The position numbers and the translations under genes are program-made. A stretch of 64,000 nucleotides of DNA, from positions 1,408,001 through 1,472,000 of the forward strand of contig JASGHJ010000001.1 in the NCBI GenBank assembly GCA_047602405.1, given 5' to 3'. Under the pieces are notes generated by a model. It had not been told where the DNA came from. It searched no databases and saw only the letters and a program-made list of their open reading frames with translations. Numbering within the stretch: the stretch's first letter is position 1; the number at the start of each line of letters is the position of its first letter. The DNA is from Anaeromyxobacteraceae bacterium. GTDB lineage: Bacteria > Myxococcota > Myxococcia > Myxococcales > Anaeromyxobacteraceae. Shown here one piece after another: positions 46,784 to 56,482 of this stretch.

Positions 46784-47893
46784 TCACCTGCCCCGCAGCT
46801 TCCGGAACCGGCGCGCCTCCCTGTGGATCGCCCGCCACTTCTGCTTCTGCGCGCGCTGCGCCGCGCCGTCCCGCCGGGCGTCCTGCCACGCGAGCTCGCG
46901 GGCGAGCTTCGCGTGGCTCTCGACCCGCGCGGCGTCGAGCGTGCCGGACACGACCGCCGCCTGGACGGCGCAGCCCGGCTCGCCCTCGTGGCGGCAGTCG
47001 ACGAACCTGCAACCCTCCGCGATCACGGCGACGTCCTCGAAGGCCCGCTCGAGCCCGGCACCGTCCCACAGCCGGAGCTCGCGGATGCCGGGGCCGTCCA
47101 CGATGAAGCCTCCGCCGGGTAGCGCGAAGAGGGCGCGCCCGGTGGTGGTGTGGCGGCCGCGCGCGTCGTGCTCCCGGACCTCGCGGGTCGCCTGGACGGC
47201 GCCGCCGAGGAGCGCGTTCACGAGCGTGGATTTCCCCGCGCCGGACGGGCCGACGAGGACGCCGGTCAGCGCCGGCGCGAGCCGCGCCGCGAGGGCGGGC
47301 ACCCCGTCGCCGGTGAGGCCGGACGCGACGAGCACGTCCGCGCCGCCCGCCGCCGCGCGGGCCTCGGCCACCACCGCCTCGAGCGCGCCGGGGTCGCCGA
47401 GCGCGTCCGCCTTCGTGAGCACGACGACGGGCTCCGCGCCGCCCGCGTGCACCGCCGCGAGCGTCCGCTCGAGGCGGCGCGGGTTCACGCCCTCGTCGAG
47501 CCCCTGCACCACGAACGCGACGTCGACGTTGGCCGCGAGCACCTGCTCGGCGGTCCCGCGCCCGGCCGCGTTGCGCGAGAGGCGCGAGCGGCGCTCGAGC
47601 ACGCGCACGACCACGGGCTCCTCGCCGGGCTCGGCGAGGAGGAAGTCGCCCACCACGGGCGGTTGGGCTTCCGCCAGCGGGCCGGCGTCGCGCAGGCGTG
47701 GCGGCACCACCACGAGCCGGTCGCCGTCGCCGAACCGCACGAGGAGCCGCGGGCCGCGATCGGCGATCGCGCGGCCGGGGAGGAGCGTCTGGAGCTCCTC
47801 GAGGGAGAGCTGGGAAGAGAAGAAGGGGCCGAAGCCCACGCCGCTGAGACCGCCACAGCCGGGTTCGAGAGACCGGAACCGTTCGAGAGACAA
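46784..47893 (-). CDS. rsgA: Ribosome small subunit-dependent GTPase RsgA (long type)
   Basis: Circularly permuted TKAD, GPSGAGKST, GRHTTT, DGPG, CRFVDCRHEGEPGC; TTG start with GAGG RBS inferred. Confidence 0.92.
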   Translation of the reverse strand: MSLERFRSLEPGCGGLSGVGFGPFFSSQLSLEELQTLLPGRAIADRGPRLLVRFGDGDRLVVVPPRLRDAGPLAEAQPPVVGDFLLAEPGEEPVVVRVLERRSRLSRNAAGRGTAEQVLAANVDVAFVVQGLDEGVNPRRLERTLAAVHAGGAEPVVVLTKADALGDPGALEAVVAEARAAAGGADVLVASGLTGDGVPALAARLAPALTGVLVGPSGAGKSTLVNALLGGAVQATREVREHDARGRHTTTGRALFALPGGGFIVDGPGIRELRLWDGAGLERAFEDVAVIAEGCRFVDCRHEGEPGCAVQAAVVSGTLDAARVESHAKLARELAWQDARRDGAAQRAQKQKWRAIHREARRFRKLRGR

Positions 47894-48084
47894 GACGTGC
47901 CTCGCATACACGAGTGACCGCGAGGGCGCGGCACCCCTCCGCCATCGAGGCGGGGAGGCGCGCGCCCGGGGACCGCCGCCGCGGGCACCGTCCCCGGGTC
48001 AGCGGGGAGGGGCGCGGCGACGACTCGAGCTAGCGGGCAAGGTCCGTCATCGCTCCGGCGTATATCGAGTCCGGCGCGGGCCCG

Positions 48085-48780
48085 TCAAGCGGCGCTGCCG
48101 CCTGGGCCGGGTCCCACGCCGAGCGCGCCGAGCACGCGCGCGACCATCCGGTCGCAGCGCGCGCCGAGGAAGCCGAACAGCTCCGCGGCGGCCCCGCCAA
48201 GCTCCGTCTCGACCTGCGCGCGCACGGCCGCGCGGGCCCGGTGGAGCCGCACCTTCACCGCGCCCTCGTCGACGCCGAGGGCGGCGGCGACCTCGGCGGT
48301 CGAGAGCCCCTCGGCCTCGCGGAGCACGTACACCTCGCGGAGCGCCGGCGAGAGCCGGTCGACCGCGGCCTCGAGCATCGTCAGGGCCTCGCGCGCGGCG
48401 GCGCGGCGCTCGGGGCCCGCGGCCTCGGGTGCGGGGGTCTCGTCCGCCATGTCGGCCTCCGTGTCCGGCACCGGGCCGAGGGGGGGTCGGCCGCGGATCC
48501 GCGAGCGTGCAGCGTTGAGCGCGATCCGGACGAGCCAGGTGCCGAGGGCGGACGCGCCCTCGAACTCGCCGAGGTGGGCGTAGGCGGCGAGCCAGGCCTG
48601 CTGCATGGCGTCCTCCGCCTCCGCCTCGTCGCGCAGCACGGCGCGCACGGCGCGCCAGACCTTCGCGTTGTGCCGGCGCATGAGCACCTCGAACAGCGCG
48701 GTCTCGCCGGCGAGGACGCGGGCGATGACGTCCGCGTCCGGGAGACCCGAGGGTGAGGAGGCCGTGGCGGGGGCGAGCAT
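48085..48780 (-). CDS. ECF RNA polymerase sigma factor
   Basis: AEDAMQQAW, TWLVRIALN, HTH GLSTAEVA...VKVRLHRAR. Confidence 0.92.
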   Translation of the reverse strand: MLAPATASSPSGLPDADVIARVLAGETALFEVLMRRHNAKVWRAVRAVLRDEAEAEDAMQQAWLAAYAHLGEFEGASALGTWLVRIALNAARSRIRGRPPLGPVPDTEADMADETPAPEAAGPERRAAAREALTMLEAAVDRLSPALREVYVLREAEGLSTAEVAAALGVDEGAVKVRLHRARAAVRAQVETELGGAAAELFGFLGARCDRMVARVLGALGVGPGPGGSAA

Positions 48781-48820
48781 GTGCTTCTCCCGATCTGGGA
48801 CGAACGGGCGTCGCGCGCCA

Positions 48821-49240
48821 CTACGCGCCGGCCGGGGCCCCGGAGGGGCGGGCCTGCAGCGGAGCGGCCGCCGTCTCGTGCACCTCCGCGAGGCGCGCGA
48901 CGCCCCAGGCGGCGAGGGCCATCACGAGGTCGCGCACGGCGACGTCGAGGTGCAGCCCGAGCACGAGGTTCACCGCCACGAGCACGAGCCAGGCCGCGAC
49001 CACTCGCCCGCCGAGCCGCGGCCGCACGAGCACCAGCACGCCCGCCGCGATCTCGACGAGGCCGACGATCCGCATGAAGGCCGCCGGCGAGACGGGCAGG
49101 AGGCTCCGGGCGAGCGGGCTGACGTACGCCTCCCAGTCGGCCAGCAAGTTCAAGAACTTGTCGGCCCCGGCGGCGATGGGGACGAACACGAAGGCACCCT
49201 TCAGGGCGCGGTACACGGATTCCACGCGGCGGTCGTTCAT
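48821..49240 (-). CDS. DoxX-like membrane protein
   Basis: AGADKF, VGLVEIAAG, DVAVRD. Confidence 0.75.
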   Translation of the reverse strand: MNDRRVESVYRALKGAFVFVPIAAGADKFLNLLADWEAYVSPLARSLLPVSPAAFMRIVGLVEIAAGVLVLVRPRLGGRVVAAWLVLVAVNLVLGLHLDVAVRDLVMALAAWGVARLAEVHETAAAPLQARPSGAPAGA

Positions 49241-49409
49241 GGCGGTCCTCGCTTTCTCTCCCGTTGGATGCGCCAGCCAGCCGGAAGGTTACGTGTCCGG
49301 CACCGCGCGCATCCGCGTGTCCGGCACCGCGCTCACCTGGTCTAGACTCGTCCCGAGATCGTTTCCTGCCCCTGCGCGTTCACCTCGGCGAAGGGGCCCG
49401 TGAGGTCGG

Positions 49410-50024
49410 GTGTCGGCGGACGAGAGCGACGAACGGTTGATGCTCCGGTTCCGGCGCGGCGACGCGAGGGCCTTCGAGGTCCTCGTGAGCCGCCACCGGA
49501 CGCCCGTGCACTCGTTCCTCGTTCGCCTCACCGGCGACCGCGCCCGGGCCGAGGACCTGTGCCAGGACGCCTTCCTCCGGGTGGTGAAGGCGGCCGCCAC
49601 CTGGGAGGAGCGCGCGACGTTCAAGACCTGGCTGTTCACCATCGCCCGCAACCTCGCCTCCGACGAGGCCCGGCGGGCCGCCTTCCGGCGCACCGACGAC
49701 CTCGACGCGCCCGGCGGCGCGGCGGCGACCGGGGCGGCGGACGCCCCGGGGCCGGACGAGGCGGTGGCGGCGGCGCTGCTCCGGCCCAAGCTCGAGGCCG
49801 CGCTCGCCGCGCTCCCGGCGGAGCAGCGCGAGGTCTTCCTCCTGCGCGAGCACGCCGGGCTGCGCTTCGCCGAGATCGCCGACGTCACCGGCACGCCGGA
49901 GAACACCGTGAAGAGCCGCATGCGGTACGCCCTCGAGGGCCTGCGCCAGAGGCTCGAGGCGATGGGCGTCACCGCCGAGGACGCCGTCCCGCAGCCCAGA
50001 GGCGGGACGAGCGCGCTGCCATGA
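49410..50024 (+). CDS. ECF RNA polymerase sigma factor
   Basis: AEDLCQDAF, TWLFTIARN, TVKSRMRYA. Confidence 0.93.
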   Translation: MSADESDERLMLRFRRGDARAFEVLVSRHRTPVHSFLVRLTGDRARAEDLCQDAFLRVVKAAATWEERATFKTWLFTIARNLASDEARRAAFRRTDDLDAPGGAAATGAADAPGPDEAVAAALLRPKLEAALAALPAEQREVFLLREHAGLRFAEIADVTGTPENTVKSRMRYALEGLRQRLEAMGVTAEDAVPQPRGGTSALP

Positions 50025-51172
50025 CCGACCCTGTTGGCATGAACGACCACGCCGAGCGCGACCTCCTCCTCGACCTCGCCTACGGCGAGCTCTCCGACGC
50101 CGACGCGAGGCGCGTGCGCGCGCACGTCGCCGGCTGCGCCTCGTGCCGCGCGGAGCTCGCGCGGATGCAGGGCACGCGGCAGCTGATGGGCGCGCTCCCC
50201 GAGGTGCCGGCGCCGGAGCGCGGCGAGCGCGTGCTCCTCGCCGCCGCGCGCGAGGCGGCCGGGCGGGCGCGCGCGCCGCGCGGGCTCCCGCGCTGGCTCG
50301 TCCCGGCGGTCGCGCTCGCCGCGACCGTGACGGTCGTGACCGCGGTGTCGCTGCGCGAGGGGCGCGAGGCCGCGGGCCACATGGCCGAGCGGCCGGACGT
50401 CCTCATGAAGCCGGCGGCGCCGCCGGAGGTGGAGAAGGCCGACCGCGCCGTGGCGGAGGAGAGGTCCCGCCACGCCGAGCCGCCGCCCGCCGCCCTCCCC
50501 GCGCCGCCGCCCACGCCCCGCCGCGCGGCCGCGAAGGCGGCCCCGGCGCGCGAGGCGGAGCACGCCGGGGAGGGTGAGGTCGGCGGCGTGTACGGCGCGG
50601 CGGGCGGTGGCGCGGCGTCGTCGAAGGCCGCGGCGCCGGCGGCGGACGCGCCGGCGGAGGGCTCGCTGCAGCGCCTGCAGGACCGCGACGACGCCGGCCC
50701 GCGCCCCGGCGCACCCGCGCCCCCACCGGCCCCGGAGGCCGCGGCCCAGCCGCCGGCGAGCGGCGAGCTCGCCGCGGAGGACGACCGGCGGCCGGTGCGC
50801 TCGGAGGCCGCCCCGGCGCCGGCCGCGCGCGCCCCCGCTCCCGCGGCGCCCGCCCCTGCGAAGAAGGCCGAGCAGCGCGCGCTCGCCAGCGGGCCCGCGC
50901 CCGAGGTCCGCACGTTCCCGTCCTGCCCGGGCGAGTCGCGCCGCGAGGTCGTGCGCGACGCCGCCGGCCGCGTGCGGCGCTACGTCCGCGAGGGCGAGGC
51001 CGAGGGACGCCAGGTGCGGGTCGAGCTCGAGTTCGACGCCGCCGGGGCGCTCACCGCGGAGCGCGCCCGCGACCTCGCGACCGGCGCCGCGGTGTCGCCG
51101 CGCCTCCTGCCCGGGTTGCCGCGCGCCGCCGCGCAGGTCGATCCCCGGGCGCCGCCCCGCTGCGGTCCGTAG
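50021..51172 (+). CDS. Zinc-binding anti-sigma factor (ZAS/zf-HC2) with TM and Pro/Ala-rich C-terminus
   Basis: HVAGCASC (HxxxCxxC); ATGA overlap with the sigma gene. Confidence 0.85.
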   Translation: MTDPVGMNDHAERDLLLDLAYGELSDADARRVRAHVAGCASCRAELARMQGTRQLMGALPEVPAPERGERVLLAAAREAAGRARAPRGLPRWLVPAVALAATVTVVTAVSLREGREAAGHMAERPDVLMKPAAPPEVEKADRAVAEERSRHAEPPPAALPAPPPTPRRAAAKAAPAREAEHAGEGEVGGVYGAAGGGAASSKAAAPAADAPAEGSLQRLQDRDDAGPRPGAPAPPPAPEAAAQPPASGELAAEDDRRPVRSEAAPAPAARAPAPAAPAPAKKAEQRALASGPAPEVRTFPSCPGESRREVVRDAAGRVRRYVREGEAEGRQVRVELEFDAAGALTAERARDLATGAAVSPRLLPGLPRAAAQVDPRAPPRCGP

Positions 51173-51203
51173 CCGCTGCCGGGTTAGCTGCTAGCATACG
51201 GGC

Positions 51204-52346
51204 ATGGCGCGCATCCTCTACGGCGTGGCGGGCGAGGGCATGGGCCACGCCATCCGCTCCCGCGTCATCATCGACCACCTCGCGCGCGAGCACGACGTGC
51301 AGGTCGTCGTCTCCGGCCGCGCCCACGACTACCTGAAGGCCCGCGAGCACGATCGCCTCGGGGTGAAGAAGATCTGGGGCCTCACCATCGTGTACGAGGA
51401 CAACACGGTCCGGAACCTCCGCACCGTGCTGTCGAACCTGCGGACCGGCGTGCTCGGGGGCGTGCCCGGGAACGTGAAGACCTACTTCGAGCTCGTCGAG
51501 GCCTTCCGGCCCGAGGTGGTGGTCACCGACTTCGAGACCTGGAGCGCGATCTTCGCGAAGCGCCACCGGCTGCCGTGCATCTCGGTGGACAACATCCAGG
51601 TCCTCAACCGCTGCGAGCACCCCGACGAGATCATCCGCGGCGAGCGGCAGGCGTACCTCGTCGGCAAGGGGCTCGTGAAGGCCAAGGTCGGCCCCTGCTA
51701 CCACTACCTCGTCTCCACCTTCTTCTACCCGAAGGTCGTGAAGCCCCGCACGACGCTGCACCCGCCGGCCTTCCGCCCGGAGATCCTCGCCGCGCGGCCG
51801 GAGCGGGGCGAGCACCTCGTCGTCTACCAGACCTCCACCTCGAACGCCGGGCTGCCCGCGATCCTCGCGCACAGCGGCCTCGAGTGCCGGATCTACGGGC
51901 TGCGCCGCGAGCTCGCGGAGGACGTGCGCGAGGGGAACCTCGTGTACCGGCCGTTCAGCGAGCAGACCTTCGTCGAGGACCTCCGCACCGCCCGCGCGGT
52001 CGTCTCCGGCGGCTCGTTCACGCTCATGAGCGAGGCCGTCTACCTGCACAAGCCGATGCTCTCGGTGCCGGTGCAGCGGCAGATCGAGCAGATCATGAAC
52101 GCCCGCTGGCTCGAGAAGCTCGGCTACGGCGTGGAGGCCGACCACATCACCGAGGGGAACCTCGCGGCGTTCCTCGAGCGGCTGCCCGACCTCGAGCGGA
52201 AGATCGCGGAGTACCGGCAGGACGGGAACGCCGACCTCCTCGGCAGCCTCGACCGCGTCCTCGCGCGCGCGCTCTCCGGCGCCCCGGCGGACGGCGACGA
52301 CGACGCGCACGACGAGGGCCCGGCCCTCGAGGACCCGCTCCTCTAG
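51204..52346 (+). CDS. GT-B glycosyltransferase (MJ1255/VC2487-like)
   Basis: [29 protein letters not shown]. Confidence 0.88.
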   Translation: MARILYGVAGEGMGHAIRSRVIIDHLAREHDVQVVVSGRAHDYLKAREHDRLGVKKIWGLTIVYEDNTVRNLRTVLSNLRTGVLGGVPGNVKTYFELVEAFRPEVVVTDFETWSAIFAKRHRLPCISVDNIQVLNRCEHPDEIIRGERQAYLVGKGLVKAKVGPCYHYLVSTFFYPKVVKPRTTLHPPAFRPEILAARPERGEHLVVYQTSTSNAGLPAILAHSGLECRIYGLRRELAEDVREGNLVYRPFSEQTFVEDLRTARAVVSGGSFTLMSEAVYLHKPMLSVPVQRQIEQIMNARWLEKLGYGVEADHITEGNLAAFLERLPDLERKIAEYRQDGNADLLGSLDRVLARALSGAPADGDDDAHDEGPALEDPLL

Positions 52347-52348
52347 CG

Positions 52349-52810
52349 ATGCGCCTCCGGGTCGTCGCCGTCGGGAAGGACCGCTCCGGGCTCTACGCGC
52401 CGGCGGTCGAGGAGTACGCGAAGCGGCTCGGTCGCCACGCCCGCTTCGAGCTCGTCGAGGTGCCCGAGGCGAGGAAGCACGCCGGCACCGCGCAGGCGCG
52501 CGAGGAGGAGGCGGGCTCGGTCCTGGCGAAGCTCGACCCGCGCGAGCGGGTGGTGCTCCTCGACGAGCGCGGCGACGAGCCGACGAGCGTCGAGCTCGCG
52601 CGCCGCCTGGAGAAGTGGCTCGCCGGCGGGAAGGACCTCGTCTTCGTGCTCGGCGGCTCGGACGGCCACGGCGCGGCGGTGGTGGCCCGCGCGAACGAGA
52701 AGCTCGCCCTCTCCCGCATGACGCTCGCCCACCGGCTCGCCCGCGTCGTCCTCCTCGAGCAGCTCTACCGCGCGTTCACGATCGTGCGCGGCGAGCCGTA
52801 CCACAAGTGA
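52349..52810 (+). CDS. rlmH: 23S rRNA m3Psi1915 methyltransferase
   Basis: [35 protein letters not shown]. Confidence 0.96.
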   Translation: MRLRVVAVGKDRSGLYAPAVEEYAKRLGRHARFELVEVPEARKHAGTAQAREEEAGSVLAKLDPRERVVLLDERGDEPTSVELARRLEKWLAGGKDLVFVLGGSDGHGAAVVARANEKLALSRMTLAHRLARVVLLEQLYRAFTIVRGEPYHK

Positions 52811-52820
52811 GGTGCTCCCC

Positions 52821-53768
52821 ATGACCCGCACCGCCGCCGCACCGCTCCTCGCCCTCGCCGTCCTCGCCGCCGGCTGCGCCGGCCCGCGCCCGCCGCCCGC
52901 GCCGCTGGCACCCTACCGCTCGATGGGCGACCTCCTCGCCGCCTCGAAGGCGGAGGACTGGCGGGCGCTGCGGCTCGAGGACGCGGTGGTGCTCGAGCTG
53001 CCCGCTGGCCGCGTGGTGCTCGAGCTCGCGCCGGCGTTCGCCCCGCGCCACGCCGCGAACGTGAAGGCGCTCGTGAGGGGCGGGTACCTCGACGGCCTCG
53101 CCATCCTCCGCTCGCAGGACAACTTCGTCGTGCAGTGGGGCGACCCCGACGGCGACGACGAGCGGAAGGCGCGCCCGTTCCCGCCGGGCGCGGAGCGGCA
53201 CCTCCCCGCGGAGTTCACCCGCGCCGCCGCCGGGCTCCCGTTCCACCGGCTCCCCGACCCGGACGGCTGGGCGCCGGAGGTCGGCTTCGTCGATGGGCTC
53301 GCCGCCGCGCGCGATCCCGCGTCGAACCAGGCCTGGCTCGCGCACTGCTACGGCGCCATCGGCGCGGGGCGCGGCGAGGCGGCCGACTCGTCGAACGGCG
53401 CGGAGCTCTACGTCGTGATCGGCCACGCGCCGCGCCAGCTCGACCGGAACATCACGGTCGTGGGCCGGGTGGTCGAGGGCATGGAGGTCCTCGCCGTCGT
53501 GCCGCGCGGACCGGCGCCGATGGGCTTCTTCGAGCGGCCCGAGCAGCGCGTCCCGATCCGCCGGGCGCGGCTCGCCGCGGACCTGCCCGAGGCCGAGCGC
53601 CCGCGCCTCGAGGTGCTCCGCACCGACACCGCGCTCTTCGACGCGATCCTCGAGGCGCGCCGCAACCGCCGCGACGGCTGGTACAAGCGGCCCGCCGGCC
53701 ACCTCGACCTGTGCCTCGCGCCGCTCCCGGTCCGGCCCGCGCCGATCCCGGTGCGCGTGAGCCCCTGA
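52821..53768 (+). CDS. Cyclophilin-type peptidylprolyl isomerase lipoprotein
   Basis: AAGC lipobox, [32 protein letters not shown]. Confidence 0.85.
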   Translation: MTRTAAAPLLALAVLAAGCAGPRPPPAPLAPYRSMGDLLAASKAEDWRALRLEDAVVLELPAGRVVLELAPAFAPRHAANVKALVRGGYLDGLAILRSQDNFVVQWGDPDGDDERKARPFPPGAERHLPAEFTRAAAGLPFHRLPDPDGWAPEVGFVDGLAAARDPASNQAWLAHCYGAIGAGRGEAADSSNGAELYVVIGHAPRQLDRNITVVGRVVEGMEVLAVVPRGPAPMGFFERPEQRVPIRRARLAADLPEAERPRLEVLRTDTALFDAILEARRNRRDGWYKRPAGHLDLCLAPLPVRPAPIPVRVSP

Positions 53769-53801
53769 CACGCTAGGCGAAGGTGACGGAGAGACCGCCC
53801 G

Positions 53802-55128
53802 ATGTTCACCGCCGAGCGCCCGCCCGAACCCGCCGCCGGACAGGACGCACCGCCCGCGGCGGCGATGGACCACGTGCCGAAGGGCACGACGCCGACGTGG
53901 GAGATGGAGCTGCTCCTCTCCGGCGCGACGGTCTTCGGCCTCCTGCAGCTGCCCGGCGTCATCGACCCGCCCTTCTTCAAGCTGATGATGCGGCTCGACG
54001 ACGGGCTCGGGCCGGGCGTCACCGTGCTGTGGCTGTACCTGCGGACCTCCATCCTCACGCTGTCCGCGACCTTCGTGGTGCACCTCGCGCTGCGCGCCTA
54101 CTGGGCGGCGCTCGTCGGGATGCGCTCCGTCTACCCCGGGCCGATCCGGTGGGAGCGGCTGCGCGTCGGGCCCATCCAGCGGGAGGCGGTGGAGCGGGAC
54201 CTCGCCGACGTCGAGGCCCGCATCGAGGCGTCCGACAACCGGGCCACGCGGGTGTTCGGCCTCGGCGTCGCGGCCGCGTTCCTGATCCTCCTCCCGCTCG
54301 CCTTCGTCGCGGTGGGCGTGGGCCTCGGCTGGGCCATCCACCGGCTCGGCGGCCCCGAGGCGACGCCCAGCACGATCTTCGCCGCGCTGGGGGTGCTGAT
54401 CGTCCCCTTCGCCGTCCTCGCCTTCGTCGATCGCCGGCTCGGCAAGCGGATCGGGCCCGGCCGGCTCCGCCGCGGCCTGGCGTCCGCGTTCCGCGCCTAC
54501 TACCGCATCGGCTTCGGCGGCGCCGCGAACCCGCTCGTGGCCCTGTTCCAGTCCGCCGAGGGGACGGCCCGCACGATGTTCATCCTGGTCGGGACGATGG
54601 TCCTCGCCATCGTGCTCGTGATGAACCAGTTCCGCGCGGCCATGGGCGACGAGACCGTCGGCGACTACGCCGGCCTCCCGGAGGACGACGCCGGCGCGCT
54701 GCAGTCCTCCTCCCCGCAGCACTACGCGAGCCAGCGCCAGCCCGGCCTCGTGTTGCCCGTGCCGTACATCCCCGACCGTGTGGTGAAGGGGCCATACGTG
54801 GAGCTTCTTCGTGCCGTACCGCCCCGCCCGCCACGCGCCCGCGATGCGCGCGGCGTGCGGCGAGGCGGTGTCGGTGGTCGAGCACGAGGGCCCGCCCGCC
54901 GAGGCGCTCGCCTGCCTCGCCCGCATCCTCGACGTCCGGCTCGACGGCGCGCCGGTCTCGGCGCCGCTCGAGGCGTCCGCCGATCCCTTGAACGACGCGC
55001 GCGGGGTCGTCCTGATGATCCCGGCGCAGGACCTCGCGCCCGGCCGCCACGAGCTCACCGTCGCCCGGCTCGCGCGCAAGGGCGCCGTGAAGCCCGCCGA
55101 GCCCTTCCGCATCCCGTTCTGGAGGTAG
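53802..55128 (+). pseudogene. Multi-pass membrane protein split by a +1 frameshift near 54806
   Basis: WEMELLLSG N-terminus; GAG-CTT-CTTC (one extra T) leads into FVPYRP...PFW in the next frame. Confidence 0.7.
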
Positions 55129-55131
55129 CCC

Positions 55132-55821
55132 GTGTACGCCCTCTACGTCGGCAATAAGAACTACTCGTCCTGGTCGCTGCGCCCGTGGGCGCTCCTCACC
55201 GAGCTCGCCATCCCGTTCGAGGAGCGCTTCCAGCGCTTCGAGGGGAACGGCAGCCCGTCCTTCAAGAAGTTCTCGCCGTCGGGCCGGGTGCCGTGCCTCG
55301 TCGATGGGGAGACCGTGGTGTGGGACTCGCTCGCCATCGCCGAGTACGTGGCCGAGGACCACCCGCGCGTGTGGCCGGAGGAGCGGCGGGCCCGCGCCTT
55401 CGCGCGCTCGGCGGCGGCCGAGATGCACTCGTCGTTCCTCGAGCTCAGGAACCGCTGCTCGATGAGCGTCGGCGTCCGCATCCAGCTCCACGAGCACCCG
55501 CCCGCGCTGCAGCGCGACCTCGATCGGATCGCGGCGCTCTGGCAGGACGGCCTCGCGCGCTTCGGCGGCCCGTTCCTCGCCGGGCCGAGGTTCACGGCGG
55601 TCGACGCCTTCTACGCGCCGGTCGCGTTCCGGCTCCAGACCTACGGCCTCTCGCTCGGCGGCGCGGCCGACGCCTACGCGCGGCGGCTCCTCGCGCTCGG
55701 CGCGTGCCGCCGCTGGGAGGCCGACGCGCTCGCCGAGGACTTCCGCGACGTCGGGCACGAGGGCGAGATCCTGGCGTCCGGGAAGCTCGTGAAGGACCTC
55801 CGCGTCCCGCCGGCGCGCTGA
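55132..55821 (+). CDS. Glutathione S-transferase family protein
   Basis: NKNYSSWSLRPW, GRVPCL, WDSLAI, AEMHS, DAFYAPV. Confidence 0.93.
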   Translation: MYALYVGNKNYSSWSLRPWALLTELAIPFEERFQRFEGNGSPSFKKFSPSGRVPCLVDGETVVWDSLAIAEYVAEDHPRVWPEERRARAFARSAAAEMHSSFLELRNRCSMSVGVRIQLHEHPPALQRDLDRIAALWQDGLARFGGPFLAGPRFTAVDAFYAPVAFRLQTYGLSLGGAADAYARRLLALGACRRWEADALAEDFRDVGHEGEILASGKLVKDLRVPPAR

Positions 55822-56019
55822 CCGGGGCCCCCCGGAGGCGTGCACCACCGGGTACAGCTTCACCCTTCGTGCGAGCTCCGGCCCCGCTCACGCCCCGGCC
55901 GGATGTGGAGCATGACTTCGCGTGAAGACGATTCTCGCGCCGGGCCGCGCGCCGAGCTTGCGGGCGAGGTGGGCGTGCGCTTACAGGCATGAGGCTGCCC
56001 CCTCTCCCCAGGAGTCCTC

Positions 56020-56481
56020 ATGCGAACGTTCGTACCGCTCGCGGCGACCGCCCTCGCCGCGCTGCTCCTCGCGAGCCCCGCGCTCGCCCAGCACGCCGGC
56101 AAGCACGACGCCGCCTCGAAGGCGAAGGACGCCGACGAGGCGGCCGACGGCCCCGCCGCGCAGGCCGCCGCCGTCGATCCCTCCACCGGCAAGCTCCGGG
56201 CGCTGACGCCCGAGGAGGCCCGCGCCCTCGTCGAGGCGATGGCCCCGAACCTCTCGCAGACCACCGAAGGACTCCGCGAGGTCCAGCACACCGGTGGCGC
56301 GGTCTCGGTCGACCTCGAGGGCCGCTTCGAGTCCGCCACGGTCGCGAAGCTCGCGACCGGCGGGAACGTCGAGACCCGGTGCGTGACGACGAAGGCCGAG
56401 GCCGAGCAGTTCCTGGCCCCGCCGAAGCCGGCCGCGAAGGCCCGCAAGGCCGCCTCCACCCCCGCCCTCGAGGTGAAGTGA
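56020..56481 (+). CDS. Secreted hypothetical protein upstream of the peptidase
   Basis: AGGAG RBS, signal peptide, VDPSTGKLRALTPEE. Confidence 0.75.
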   Translation: MRTFVPLAATALAALLLASPALAQHAGKHDAASKAKDADEAADGPAAQAAAVDPSTGKLRALTPEEARALVEAMAPNLSQTTEGLREVQHTGGAVSVDLEGRFESATVAKLATGGNVETRCVTTKAEAEQFLAPPKPAAKARKAASTPALEVK

Positions 56482-56482
56482 C

